Shown here: in pieces, positions 50,734-63,727 of the stretch
Numbering within the stretch: the stretch's first letter is position 1
Layout: each line of letters opens with the position of its first letter
Position numbers and translations under genes: made by a program
The notes under the pieces: generated by a model
Told to the model about the DNA's origin: nothing
The model's database searches: none
What the model saw: only the letters and a program-made list of their open reading frames with translations
Assembly: GCA_038087875.1 (NCBI GenBank)
Contig: CM075993.1
Coordinates: forward strand, 4,032,001-4,096,000
Direction of reading: 5' to 3'
Source: Malacoraja senta
Taxonomy: Eukaryota
DNA length: 64,000 nucleotides

Positions 50734-53108
50734 TTACGCTTCACTTAAACTGCTGCAAGGGGGGGGGGGGTGTATCTCACAAGCTGACAGTGCCGCCTTT
50801 GATCCTTGCACTTGCACAAAATGCATTTAGAAAATCTTCATTACTCCACCCCAATTTCAGGATTGTTGCCTTAAGTCACAGGGCTGGCGTGACAAGAAAC
50901 GCGGTGCCATTTCCATATAAATGGCTTTGGGAAAATTCTCTCTGCGAGGATTTTTAAAATGCAGCAGGTCAGATCAATCAGAATTACATTATTCAGTAAG
51001 AAGGCGCAGGCTCAGGCTCAGGCTGCGCTGCAGAGACGGGCTGTGGATGAGAGGCAGGGGGCAGTGGGCAGGCCGAGAGGAGGAGGGTGGGGTGGGGAGA
51101 GACTGCCGCTGATAAAAAACATCCTCACACACACACAGCAGGTGCAGCGTTAAGCAGGTCTAACAGGGCCAGCTTTGGGCCAAGACAGACACAAAATGCC
51201 GGGGTAACTCAGCGGGACAGGCAGCATCTCTGGAGAGAAGGAATGGGTGACGTTTCGGGTCCAGACCCTTCCACCCAGAGATACTGCCGTTGGTCCCGTT
51301 GAGTTACTCCAGCATTTTGTGTCTCCCTTCGGTTTTAACCAGCATCTGCAGTCCCTTGGTAGACTCAATATGCTGGAGTAACTCAGCGGGACAGGCAGCG
51401 TCTCTGGAGAGAAGGAATGGGCGACGTTTCAGGTCCAGGTCCTTCTGCAGTCCCTTGCTACACAGATCGGGCCAAGTGTGTCTCTGCTCCCGTCCTGTAC
51501 TCAGTCTGATCCCATCCTGGATTATAAGGAGAGGTTGGACACATTTGGATTGTTTTGTCCGGAACGCTGAGGGAGGGGGGCTGTTGGATACAAAATTACG
51601 TGAAGCAGATAGTGTCGACCAAAGATCCTATAGCGGAGCTCGCTATAGGATCTTTGGTGTAGACAGAACCTCCCACCCCTCCTCCTGCTCCTCGTGGGAA
51701 TATCAAAGACTCAAGGGCATACCTTTAAAAGGTGAGAGGGGCAAATTCTTTAAAGGAGATAGAAACATAGAAAATAGGTGCAAGAGTAGGCCATTCGGCC
51801 CTTCTAGCCTGCACCGCCATTCAATATGATCGTCCAACTCAGTATCCTGTACCTGCCTTCTCTCCATACCCCCTGATCCCTTTAGCCACATCTAACTCCC
51901 TCTTAAATATAGCCAATGAACTGGCCTCAACTACTTTATGTGGCAGAGAATTCCACAGATGTGTGAGCCCATTTATTTATCTATCTATTTATTAAGTTAT
52001 TATATTTTGTTTGCATAGCCTGCGTTGGGGTGTCTGAAGAAGGGTCTCGACCCGAAACGTCACCCATTCTTTTACTCCAGGGATGCTGTCTGACCCGCTG
52101 AGTTACTCCAGTCTATCCTCGGTTTAAACCAGCATCTACAAGTCCTTCCTACACATGAAACATTCGAGGACATAGAGGGCATAGTTATAAGGTGAGAGGG
52201 ACAACGTTTAAAGGGAATGAACGGGACAATTTTTTTTTTAACGACAGAGTGGCGAGTACCTGGAACGGTGCTGCAGATACAAGTGTATAAGAAAGAACTG
52301 CAGATTCTGGCTTAAATCGAAGGTAGACACTAAATGTTGGCGTAACTCAGCGGGTGAGGCAGCATCTCTGGAGAGGAGTGCGGGATGTTTAGTGGGGAAT
52401 AGTAGTGAGATTGAAGAGTCGTTTGTATAGGCACATGTATATGTAGGGAACAGAGGGGTATGGGTTACGCGCATGTAAATAACAGATGGTCTTGGCATCA
52501 TATGTTAGAACTTAAAACAGGATGGCAAGGTAGCGCTGCTGCCTCACAGCGCCAGAGATCCAGGTTCCATCCCGACTTGGGGTGGTCTGTATGGAGTTTG
52601 TACTCTCTCCCTGTGGGTTTACTCGTTTCCTCCCACATTCCAAAGACATGCGGGTTTGTAGGTTAATTAGATTCTGTAAATTGCCCCTGGTGTGTAGGAT
52701 GGAATTAGTCTACCGGTGAGCACTGGTCGGTGTAGACTCGATGGGCTGAAGGGCCTGTTTCCACACTGATTTCTGAACTAAAAACTCAACTGCGGACAAG
52801 ACCACAGGAAATAAGCGCAATGCTTTAACCCTCGCATATTTATTCATATCTAGATATCGTCCCAGCATCGGAGCTTTACCTAGGATCACTCCCACATTCT
52901 TATAGTGATGGGCTCTAGTGCCCATTGTGCAGTGGTAAGCATTTAAAACAAACTCCCACCAAAAAAGAAAGAATACTTTCCAAATAATTAAAAGTCACCT
53001 TCGACAAGAAGCACAAATGTAGATAATTTGAGAACATCAGTTCCCATGAAAAAGATGCAGGTTGAAGTCTTGATTTTACCAGTCAAAAAGCTGTGTAGAT
53101 TAATATCA

Positions 53109-53114
53109 TTTATT
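53109..53114 (-). promoter_or_regulatory. Candidate STRA6 polyadenylation signal (AATAAA on -)
   Basis: tttatt on +, about 0.7 kb downstream of the STRA6 stop in AT-rich unique sequence. A second candidate is at 52839-52844. Confidence 0.35.
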
Positions 53115-53820
53115 CTTAACAATTACAGACTATGAACAGTGAGAAATTGGCACCAAGTTTTCCATAATTATTGGTATTTTAAAAGTACGTAATTTTTGTG
53201 CACTATCAAATTCAAAGTACGATATTTTTTAAAAATAACTATATCCTTTATAATGGGTAACACCACCATGTGTATATCATGGGTAATACTGGGACAATTT
53301 GCCATGTCTCTTGGTAGCGGTTATCAAAATCTTGTCTAAACATCTTCAAACTTCAGTATTATGTAACACCGAACAGCAGCAGAAAGCAAATCAACGTATC
53401 TACAGATGCTGGAAAATTAGCAATACAGGTCGCGTTTCTTCTCACAGATGTGAACTGACCTGCCGGGTATTTCCAGCATTTTCTGCTTTTCTGATTTCAA
53501 GCTGGGAAGGCACACTGGGAATATACTAGCACAGTACCCCAAATGTTGACATTTGGTTTGTTCAAGGAAATACCCTTCAAATAGTGAAGGCGGCAGATTT
53601 GAGTGTTTAAGAACTCAGCCCGCTGAGCTACCTAGTGGCCAAACCCTGCAATTTCAATCAACCATTGATGGGGGGGGGGGGGGGGGGGGGAGGGAAATGG
53701 GACCAGAAGTGACTTGTCCACAGAGAGGAAGTATGTAACCTGTACACAAGTTCGCTAAAATCGCTGTAGATTTTTGACCCACTTATCAGAATCATAAGGG
53801 TGTCGAATCAACATAGGGCC

Positions 53821-54050
53821 CTACTCCTTTTCGCAAAGTTCAGATTTAGTGAGATTATCATCTGTGGTGTGTTGGGAGGAAGAGTTCAATTCTCCGTTTG
53901 AAACTAGATCTGCGGCCGAGCAGACATCCGGCCTCCTGGAAGCGATCAATATTGGGTTGCGGAGGAGGGTGAAGGCCAAGTACCACCTCGCCCGCACGCG
54001 CTTGGACCTTGCAGTCTTGGCCGACGTCAGATTGGACATCAACTGGATCC
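53821..54050 (-). CDS. STRA6: STRA6 last coding exon
   Basis: ctccttgcag|GG ATC CAG TTG ATG... (G)IQLMSNLTSAKTARSKRVRARWYLAFTLLRNPILIASRR...CEKE; stop TAG at 53823-53821. R.RARW.L..TLL.NP is the calmodulin-binding helix. Confidence 0.94.
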
Positions 54051-54874
54051 CTGCAAGGAGCAGAACAAAAGCCATCACCTTACAATACGATGGAACTTTA
54101 TTCATCCCAGGAGGGAAATTGATCTGCCAACAGTCATAAAGACACAAGATGCACGAAACGTGAAATTAAAGTGACGAGTGGAAAGGATTGGGGATGTGCA
54201 AAGATTGGGTTGGATGTGGAAGCATAAAGTACAACTGCATTCCGTTGTCTCTGTACTGTACACTGCACAATGACAATAAAGTTGAATCGGAATCGGAATC
54301 GGAATGCAGTTAGGCAATTTTTGTGAAGAAAATACCCTATTAAAGTCCAGGATAGAGAGATAAGGCACGGAAACAGCCCCTTCAGCCCACTGAGTCTGCA
54401 CCGACCAGCGATCCCCGCACATTAGCACTATCCTACACACACCAGGGACAATTTACATTTATACCAAGCCAATTAACCTAAAAACCTGTACGTCTTTGGA
54501 GTGTGGGAGGAAACCGAAGATCTTGGAGAAAACTGATGCGGTCACGGGGAGAACGTACAAACTCCACACAGACAGCACCTGCAGCTGGGATCGAACCCAG
54601 GTCTCTAAACTAATGAACGATCACCATTGGTTTTGTAAACAGGTCCAGAATAATGAAAGGCAGCGACAGACATGAAGCATCACACAATTGGGAAATCAAG
54701 TTCTTCTTGGCCAGCATGGTCGGGTGGGCCGAAGGGCCTGTTTCTGTGCTGTACGACCATGGCTCCAATTTCAATTCGAAGATTTTCTCCCCAACACTAG
54801 TGTAGGTGGGTTATATTAGACAGCGCAGGTAAGTTGGGCTGAGGAGCCTGTTTCCTGGCTCCATGACTCTAGTA

Positions 54875-55376
54875 CAGGGGTGGGAAACCTTTTCATGTTG
54901 GAATGCCGCATTAAGTTAGCTGTAATCTAATAAGGCCGCATCGAAGAAACTTCAATTAGATATACTTCAAAATGTACATTATTTTGTAAAAATCTAACTA
55001 CTATGTACTAACTTCAAGAAAATGATTTTTTTTTAGTAAATTCTAAAAAACGAACCTTTTAATGAATTTGTTGTGCCTGCTTTCTGGAGTCTAGTGTAGC
55101 ATTAGAACTAAATCATGAGTGTTAACAGGTGTTAAAATAGCCCTCATGACTTACTAATGTTTTAATTGTGGCCGTCAGTCGGGGAGGATTATTTCGTTGA
55201 ATCTTCTCTTACTCTTTGGAATTTTAAATACGTTCATTTTAAGATTAAAATAAAAAAAATAATAAAAGACGAATAAAAACATATTAATAAAAATAAAAGG
55301 ATTTATTCTACAAAATTTGGATTCATTCAAAATGCCGCACTTAATGGCCTAGAAGGCCGCAGGCTCCCCACCCCTG
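54875..55376. mobile_element. hAT-Charlie-like MITE
   Basis: TIRs CAGGGGTGGG...CCCACCCCTG; perfect 8-bp TSD CTCTAGTA at 54867-54874 and 55377-55384. Confidence 0.9.
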
Positions 55377-55390
55377 CTCTAGTAGCTCAC

Positions 55391-55528
55391 CTTCCTCCTC
55401 ATTCTTGCATCTGTCGCCTCCACTCAACCCCAAGTCCTGGGAGCGGAGAAGGAGGAAGCAGAAAGCTTTCATCACTGGGTGTGAATGGCTGACTTCCACC
55501 AGCAGGAAGCCAACATAACACCGATAGG
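55391..55528 (-). CDS. STRA6: STRA6 penultimate coding exon (138 bp, phase 1->1)
   Basis: tctctggcag| ... (A)YRCYVGFLLVEVSHSHPVMKAFCFLLLRSQDLGLSGGDRCKNEEE(G) |gtgagc. EVS.SHP.M.AFC motif (calmodulin-binding region). Confidence 0.94.
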
Positions 55529-56655
55529 CTGCCAGAGAAACAAGATGGTTAGTTTACAATGGCCAGTTGGCGGAGCAATGCACGGGGACAGATACGAGGC
55601 ACATTCCTATCACAGAGGTGAAGACCCAGCAAGTGGCAGCGTCGGTATTCTCCACCTCCCCTCCCATCCCGCTACTCATTGCAACACTTTCCCTGTCATT
55701 GCCTCAGGAATTTTGCGACGTGCTGGTGAGCAACAACAAAAAAAAAATTCTACGCAGAACAAACTCACAAGGAAAAATAGGGGTCAAAAATTCTCAGCAA
55801 TTCAGAAACCAAGATGAATATTTCTACTTAAAGGACTATTTCCAGCACCTTTTTTTAACCTCTTTGAGAATCCCCAATTTGAGAACAATTTAGAGAAACA
55901 ACATTATTACAAACTGTCGGCAGGGTCTTGGCCCGAAACGTCGCCTATTCCTTTTCTCCAGAGATGCTGCTTGACCCACTGAGTTACTCAAGCTTTTTGT
56001 GTCTATCCGAAATTTCCTGCTGCTCTGATCAGCTGATACATCGATCTTGCATTTGGTGTCGAATTGCGGGAAAAAAATTTGCCTAATCAGGAGTTCGGCA
56101 AGAACATTTTGACCAAAAACTTGATTGTTGCAGACTTATATGAAATCAAAAAATTCAGTGAAACTCAGTTGCATGCAAACTCTGTCAAATGCTGTATGCT
56201 TACAGTTCCATGGAAGAGTCAAGGGCCTGTCCCACTTTATACTCCAACTAAACAAACTATTTTCCCTCCATTCACGTTCCTCCTATGTCCCATTTCCTTT
56301 GCTATGCCATGTGTCATCTCCCCAGCATGTATCTATTGAAGGTATTGAGGGAGTGTAGCGTAGGTTCACCAGGTTAAATCCTGGGGTGACGGGACTGACA
56401 TATGATGAAAGAATGGAATCGACTGGGCTTATATTCACTGGAATTTAGAAGGATGAGAGGGAATTTTATAGAACCATATAAATTTCTGAAGGGATTGGAC
56501 AGGCGAGATGCAGGAAAAATGTTCCCGATGTTGGGGGAGTCACAGGTTAAGAATAAGGGGTCGGCCATTTAGGACTGAGATGAGGAAAAAACGTTTTCAC
56601 CCAGAGAGTTGTGAATCTGTGGAATTCAATTCATTGGATGTTTTTGAGAGAGTTA

Positions 56656-56845
56656 AGGACCTGTCCCACTTTCACAACCTAATTCACGACCTTTTTTACT
56701 CGTGGACATTAATCAGGCTAGAAAAACGCCCCGACCTACTTGATGCCACGAGTACCTACGAGTAGCATTACGACCTGCTACGACCATGCTGCCAGTACGA
56801 GTCAAGGGCAAACTCGGCAGAGGTCGTGAAAGTGGGACAGGCCCT
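56656..56845. mobile_element. PIF/Harbinger MITE
   Basis: AGGACCTGTCCCACTTTCAC...GTGAAAGTGGGACAGGCCCT; TSD TTA; interior shared with a partial copy at ~9600-9699. Confidence 0.85.
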
Positions 56846-56904
56846 TTAAACTAAGAGACGCAATAGAACAAAAATTAACTGAGAAAGAAGAAAAAACAAG
56901 TTAC

Positions 56905-57068
56905 CCGGGTCAAAGCACTCCACCCCTCTGTGGAGAAGGCTCATGTCCAATCTACAGAAGTGAATGATGTTGTAGATCGCCGTAAGGACCACCCGCCACA
57001 CTCCAACGATGGAGCCGATCAAGACGTTGAACATAAAGAACAGGTATGTGAAGATGTAGAGGCCTCGT
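56905..57068 (-). CDS. STRA6: STRA6 internal coding exon (164 bp, phase 2->1)
   Basis: cttttgtag| ... RGLYIFTYLFFMFNVLIGSIVGVWRVVLTAIYNIIHFCRLDMSLLHRGVECFDP |gtaact. Confidence 0.94.
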
Positions 57069-57369
57069 CTACAAAAGAATGGCAAAGATGTTTCATTTTA
57101 TTTCGAAATGTCCTTCGAAATGTGGTCAACGTTAAAACTCCAGCCAGATTGCTGACCTGGCCCCAACTTCATGAATATCCAAAATCCCAACCACACAGTG
57201 GGCATTTCTGTACATTGTGCTTGGTTTAGTGTTCAAGAGATTCAAGATAATATATTGTCATGTGTCCCAGATAGGACAATGACAATTCTTGCTTTGCTTC
57301 AGCACAACAGAATATAGAAGGCATAAATAAATACAGAACAGATCAGTGTGACCATATACCATTGAATGA

Positions 57370-57660
<291 letters not shown>

Positions 57661-58113
57661 TAAAGATATAAAGGGCAATAGGCTATTAAAGTTCAGATTT
57701 TTGTTTGAGTTGAGTTTAATAGTCTGATGGCTTAGAGATACAACACAGAAACAGGCCCTTCAGCCCACAGAGTCTGCACTAACCAGCAACCCCCCGCACA
57801 CTTACACTATCCCACACACTAGGGGTTACAATGCTACCAAAGCCAATTAACCTACAACCCTAGCATGTGGGAGAGTCTCGGACCAGAGGTCACATCCTCA
57901 GAGTAAAAGGATGCTCTTTTAGGAAGGAAATGTGGAGGAATTTCTCGAGTCAGAGGGTGGCGAATCTGTGGAATTCATTGCCACAGACGGCCGTGGAGGC
58001 GAAGACAATGGATATGTTTTACTGGCACAGCAGCGATGCAGTTAGCTTCAATTAGCACAAGCCTACAGCCAGTTTGCGGAGCTCCCTCACAAGTGGTCAG
58101 GACCTGTACGTAC

Positions 58114-58215
58114 CTATTCGTAATACTCCGGGTTTTGCCGTCCTTGCGCAGGAAGAGGAACCGAGCCAGGACGTGTTGAATCAACAGGACCACAACCAGC
58201 GCCAGCCAGAAGGGC
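58114..58215 (-). CDS. STRA6: STRA6 internal coding exon (102 bp, phase 2->2)
   Basis: ttccttcgag| ... PFWLALVVVLLIQHVLARFLFLRKDGKTRSITN(R) |gtacgt. Uses an uncommon GAG acceptor, but the frame and WPFWL motif fit. Confidence 0.9.
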   Translation of the reverse strand, partial: ALLAGAGCGPVDSTRPGSVPLPAQGRQNPEYYE

Positions 58216-60026
58216 CTCGAAGGAAAGAAATCAACTACAAGTTAAAAAATATCATATGCAAACCACCGTCTTCACTAAATAAAGACCATCATTAACAAGA
58301 GAGGAACAATACAAGGAACCAGATCCAGGACAAAGGATGTGAAAAGCCAAATTTACCCCAGTAAAAATGCAACTCCCAAACCTGGCTCATTGTGTAATCT
58401 GGTCATTGTGTTTGTGGGGCTCCAATGTACGGAATTTAGCTACAAATTTTCCAACACTTTGCCGAACGTCAGGATGAAAAGCGGGAGGTGGCACACTTGA
58501 AGCAGAAGGTTGAGGAGCTCATCTCCAGGAGGGTCAACCCTGCAAGGGTTAATTGAAGGCTGTGGTCCCCAAAGATAGACACAAAATGCCGGAGTAACTC
58601 AGCGGGGACAGGCAGCATCTCTGGAGACAGGGAACAGGTGATGTTTCGGGTCAAGACCCTTCTGGTCAAGACCCATCTTCAGATTGAAGAAAGGTCTCGA
58701 CCTGAAACGTCACCCGTTCCTTCTCTCCAGAGATGCTGCCTGTCCCGCTGAGTTCTGGAGAGAAGGAATGGGCGACCCTTCTTCAGACCTTTCGGGTCAA
58801 GATCCTTCTTCAGACTGAAGAACGGTCTCGACCTGAAACGTCACCCATCCCTTCTCTCCAGAGATGCTGCCTGTCCCGCTGAGTTACTCCAGCATTTTGT
58901 GTCTATCTTCAGTGTAAACCAGCATCTGCAGTTCCTTCCTACACAAGACTGTGGTCCCTCCAGTTGAGGGAAGATGAGGAGATGATCTGATTAGACGTCA
59001 TAGCTATTACTAGTTGACAATTTCTTCGCCTGCGGTTGTATATCCTCAGGAGTGGCAGGTACAAAATAGGGAGCAACCTTAAGAGGCACATAATTTAGAA
59101 GTGGTACTTCAACCAATGAACTTTGCCCTTGGGATCAGGCAAGGGCTTAAGTCAATAGAATAATAGTTTCAAAGTGCTAACTTTGCCCATTACACAAGTC
59201 TATCAGGCAACAGAGAACAGAGGATTTAAGATACAAGTCAAATTCAATTGGGATAGGCTCAAGGGGCCAATGACAAGGTGCTAGTAACTCAGATGGCATC
59301 ACTGGAGAACATGGTTAGGTGATGTTTTGGGTCAGACCCTTCCTCATACTGATTGCAAGGTGGGGCAGGCGGGGAGCAAGAAGACAGATGGAACAGGAGA
59401 GGGGCAGGACAAACAATGCATGTCAGATAATAGATGAACACGGGCGGGTGGGTGGGGAGGGGGGTTGAGAGGCAGATGGTTAGACAAAAGCCAAAGATGA
59501 GTAAACAGAAGGTGTGAGGCAAAAGGATTGAAGTGCTGCGAATTGTGAAGCCAGAGGAAGGAATGGAGGTGGAAGGGGAGACATAGGTGAGAGTCCCAGA
59601 CTTTCATATCTTTGAGTTGTAAACTACCCAAGTGGAATAGGGAAAAGGATAAACGGACAGCATGGCGGCGCAGCGCCAGAGACCTAGGTTCGATCCTGAC
59701 TACGGGTGCTGTCTGTGCGGAGTTTGCACGTTCTCCCTGCGGGGGTTTTCTCCAGGAGCTCCGTTCCTCCCACACTTCAAAGTGGTACAGGTTAGTAGGC
59801 CAATTAGCTTGGTAAAGTTGTAAATTGTCCCTAGTTATGAAGACAGGTTAGTGTTAGTGCGCGGGGATCGCTGGGCCGAATGGCCTGTTTCCGCGCTGTA
59901 TCTATAAACGAAACTAATAGAGGCCAATATACGAATAATTTACTTTTGCCAGAGCCAGCAATAAAATATTTTGTCACAATCCTTTGAGAAGCAGGAAATT
60001 AAAAGGGTTCTGCGGAGTAGACTCAC

Positions 60027-60144
60027 CACATAGTTTCGAGTATCCTGAAGAGAAAGAGGTTTCGCCCGTGAAGAATGGGGATGACAATAAGAAAGGCAAA
60101 TAGGCCAAAACACATGAAGAATACCAGCAGCTGTATGGAGAGAC
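60027..60144 (-). CDS. STRA6: STRA6 internal coding exon (118 bp, phase 1->2)
   Basis: catgtag| ... LSIQLLVFFMCFGLFAFLIVIPILHGRNLFLFRILETM(W) |gtgagt. TM helix plus the P.LHGRNL motif. Confidence 0.93.
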
Positions 60145-60344
60145 CTACATGCAAGATAAAGAAGAGATTTGATTTAAATGGCACATAATGACAATAGCCA
60201 AGACCTCCTTAGGTGGGGTCAGTGAATCTGAAGTGACCAGTGTTGTAATAAACACAGGCATTCAATAATATGGCCATGTTTCACCACCACCTAAAAACAT
60301 CTCCCTCTGTTCAGGGTTCAATTGATCAGGAATTCTACTGGATT

Positions 60345-60530
60345 AGAGAGAGACACAGAGATGGAGACTGACAGAGAGAGAGACAGAGAGACAGAGAGCG
60401 AGACAGACACAGAGAGACAAAGAACGAGAAAGACAGAGAGACAGACAGCGAGACAGAGACACAGGGAGAGAGAGACACAAAGAGAGACAGAGAGACACAA
60501 AGAGAGAGAGAGAGACAGACAGAGAGACAC
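60345..60530. repeat. (GA)n/(GACA)n low-complexity repeat
   Basis: Seen directly in the sequence. Confidence 0.95.
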
Positions 60531-61114
60531 TAAGAATTATGGAACATTGCAATTCTCTTCCAATACTCCCACCAATGGGTGACACAGTAGCGCAGCTGGT
60601 AGAGCTGCTGCCTCACAGCGCCAGAGACCCAGTTTCGATCCTGACCTCGGGTGCTGACTGTGTGGAGTTTGACGTTCTCCACGTGGGTTTCCCCCAACAA
60701 GAATCAAGGGATATGGGGAGAAGGCAGGAACGGGGTACTGATTGGGGATGATCAGCCATGATCATATTGAATGGCGGTGCTGGCTCGAAGGGCTGAATGG
60801 CCTACCCCCGCACCTATTTTCTGTGTTTCCATGTATCTTAACACATCCCAAAGCCCTGGAGGTTTGTAGGTTCAGTTGAGCGAGGTGGTGTGCACAATTC
60901 TACACACGTAGCTAACATCTGGAGGAGAGCGGAAGTTCACATCTCACTTTAGAGTGAGACGTTACTCAACCGAGAGTTGAATGTCATTTTACTGAGCGAC
61001 ATCCAACGTGGATTTGCACTGGAATCTCTCCCGGATTCCTTTACAATTATCACTTGGAAAAAGTGCTAATTGTGAAACAGTTGATAGGTTTTAAAACAAC
61101 ACAACACTAGTTAC

Positions 61115-61248
61115 CCAAAGCGACGTGGGCAACTTGGTAGCTGGAGAAGCTCATCCAACCGACAATGGCAGACTGAGAGGGTCTGATACGCCTCTGGACG
61201 TTGAAGACTTTGCCCGTGTCTCCTCGATAGAGGCTCATCAGGTTCTCT
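61115..61248 (-). CDS. STRA6: STRA6 internal coding exon (134 bp, phase 2->1)
   Basis: ttcatag| ... ENLMSLYRGDTGKVFNVQRRIRPSQSAIVGWMSFSSYQVAHVAL(G) |gtaact. WMSFS.YQ motif of STRA6; phases fit both neighbours. Confidence 0.93.
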
Positions 61249-61344
61249 CTATGAACAGAGAAAGGTGGTGATTAAACTTGAACACAAATAGAGCGATTCA
61301 GTGGAGCCCAGATTAAGGTGGGGTGGGGGGGGGGGGGGGAAATT

Positions 61345-61890
61345 GTGAGCAATTTTGGGCACCATATCTGAGGAAGGATGTGCTGGCCCTTGGAGAGGGC
61401 CCAGAGGAAGTTTACAAGAATGATCTCGGGAATAAGTTGGTTAACCTATGATGAGCGTTTGACAGCGCTGGGCTTTAGACGAATGAGGGGGGGGGGGGGG
61501 GAGGACCTCATTGAAACGTACAGAGTAGTGAAAGGCTTGGATAGAGTGGATGTGGAGCGGATGTTTCCACTAGTGGGAGAGTCCAGGACTAGGGGGTCAT
61601 AGCCTCAGAATTAAAGGACGTTCCTTTAGGAAGGAGATGAGAAGGAATTTCTTTAGTCAAGGGGTGGTGAATCTGTGGAATTCATTGCCACAGAAAGCTG
61701 TGGAGGCCAAGCCAATGGATATTTTTCAAGGCAGAGATAGATAAGATTCTTGATTAGTACGGGTGTCAGGGGTTATGGGGAGAAGGCAGGAGAATGGGGT
61801 TAGGAGGGAGAGATAGATCAGCCATGATTGAATGGCAAAGTAGACTTGATGGGCTGAATGGCCTAATTCTGCAGCTATTACTTATATGAC
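61345..61890 (+). mobile_element. CR1 LINE 3' fragment in STRA6 intron
   Basis: LERAQRKFTRMI...DLIETYR...GLDRVDVERMFPLVGESRTRG. Related fragments at ~48170-48555, ~56330-56652 and ~28235-28585. Confidence 0.9.
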
Positions 61891-62377
61891 CTTAAAAATG
61901 AAGTTTAATAAGATGTGCAAGGCAAGTTTTAAAAACAGTGTTGGCTGGCTGAACTGTTCTGATCAGGGAGCTGATGGAAGCAGATTTTATAGCCATGTTC
62001 AAGAGACATTTAGACAGACTTTGCAGCCAAAGACGAGAGTGAGGTGGACCATGTGCCGGCAGGTGGGATTATCTACATTGACATCATAGCCAGCACAGAC
62101 ATGATGGTCTGAAGATCCTGCTCCTGTGGTATATTCCAATGTTCTTCTACAACTCCCCATCAGAAAGTTGGACGGCACAGTGGCACAGCAGTGGAGCTAG
62201 CTACTGCCTTACAGCGCCAGAGACCCGGGCTCGATCCCGACTATGGGTGCTTGCCTGCACGTTCCCCCCCCCCCCCCCGCCGTGACTTGCTGTGGGGTTT
62301 CTCCCAATATCTTCGGCTTCCTCCCACACGCCAGACGGACAGGTCGGTAGGTTCATCAGCTTGGTGTAAATGCCAAG

Positions 62378-62647
62378 ACCAACTCTTTGCCCGAGCCGGC
62401 TGCCTGCCCCTTTTCCAGGGTCACGTCCAAGCCGGGTGCGGGTTAGAAAGGGAATACGCCCTGTCCACGGGAACCCGGGGGGAGTTCCGGGACCGCTGGG
62501 TGTTGAATATGAGGATAGTAACATAGTTGTATTGTAGTTTATTAAGGATATATGTTTGTGTTGTATTATGGTGGTGGGTTCTGGTTTATTTTATTTTAAT
62601 GTATTATTATTTTTTAATAATTGAATAAATTTGTCGATTAAAAAAAC
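62378..62647 (+). mobile_element. Tx1-clade LINE 3' end
   Basis: GCLPLFQGHV...LEREYALSTGTRGEFRDRW, typical of Tx1 ORF2 ends; AATAAA and short poly-A. Confidence 0.7.
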
Positions 62648-62919
62648 AACTATTTGTGTGCCTACCCCGTAATCTACATCCCTCTGTAAGCAAAGATCAA
62701 CACAAAGAGCTGACAGGTCAGGCAGCATCTTTGGAGAAAAAATGATGGGTGACATTTCGGACTCTTCTTCAGACTGAAAGTGGACTTTCCAGAGATGCTG
62801 CCTGACCTGCTGAAGCCCTTTGCGTCTATCTTCAGTATAAACCAGTATCTACAGTTCCTTGTTCCTGCATTCCCTCCATATCCATATGCCTATCCAAAAG
62901 TCTCTTAAACACCACTATC

Positions 62920-63373
62920 TCAAAATGTGGATTGCAAGTATGTTGGATACCGCACATTTTGAGGAAATGCGATTCCTCCTAATAGATAAATTTGACCAAT
63001 TCATAACGAGTTGGTCTCCATTTGTCGTCTTTTGGAAACATATGGTGGAACACAGGTGTAAAAGCTAATCCGTGACTGGGTGAGGGATGGTCAAGTGTAT
63101 AAATACGATCTCCTTACTTCTCTTTTCTTTTTCTTCTCTTTTCTTCTTTTACTCCTTTTCTTCTATTTTCTATTTCTTAACTTTCTTCTTTCCCTCTCTA
63201 TTTTTCTTTTTCACACACTATATATCTCACATTTTTCTATTCTTCATTATCTAATTTCTTTTTCTTTTTTATTACAAAATTAAAAAAATAAGAAGCTGTA
63301 CATAAAATGTATTATGAAAATATGATTGTATACAATTGTACTTACTTCTAATAAAAATAAAAATAAATAAAAA
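62920..63373 (+). mobile_element. L1-type LINE 3' end with A-rich tail and TSD
   Basis: KMWIASMLDTAHFEEMRF...KFDQFITSWSPF (L1 ORF2 C-terminal pattern), T-rich 3'UTR, AATAAA/poly-A. TSD ACCACTATC at 62911-62919 and 63374-63382. Confidence 0.78.
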
Positions 63374-63727
63374 ACCACTATCATACTCGCCTCCACCACC
63401 ATCCCCAGCAAGGTAGTCACCACTCACTGTGTAAAAACAAAAATCGCCCTGCACATCCCCTTTAAATTTTGCCCCTCTCATCATAAAGCAATCCCTCCAG
63501 TCTTTGATACCGATTTATAACCCGAACATCCACGGATTACAATCACGGAGAAAAGGAATTAGTCCCAAAGTGGTGGGAAAAATCCCAGTATCACCACTAG
63601 TTAGTCACGGGAACACAAGGTGGTGAAAATTACTATTTAGCAGTTTTGTGGAGTATATCCGTGATGTATATTGTATTAAACAAACAATTCTTTGTTCACC
63701 GATTAGAAATATTTTTTAAAAGGTTAC

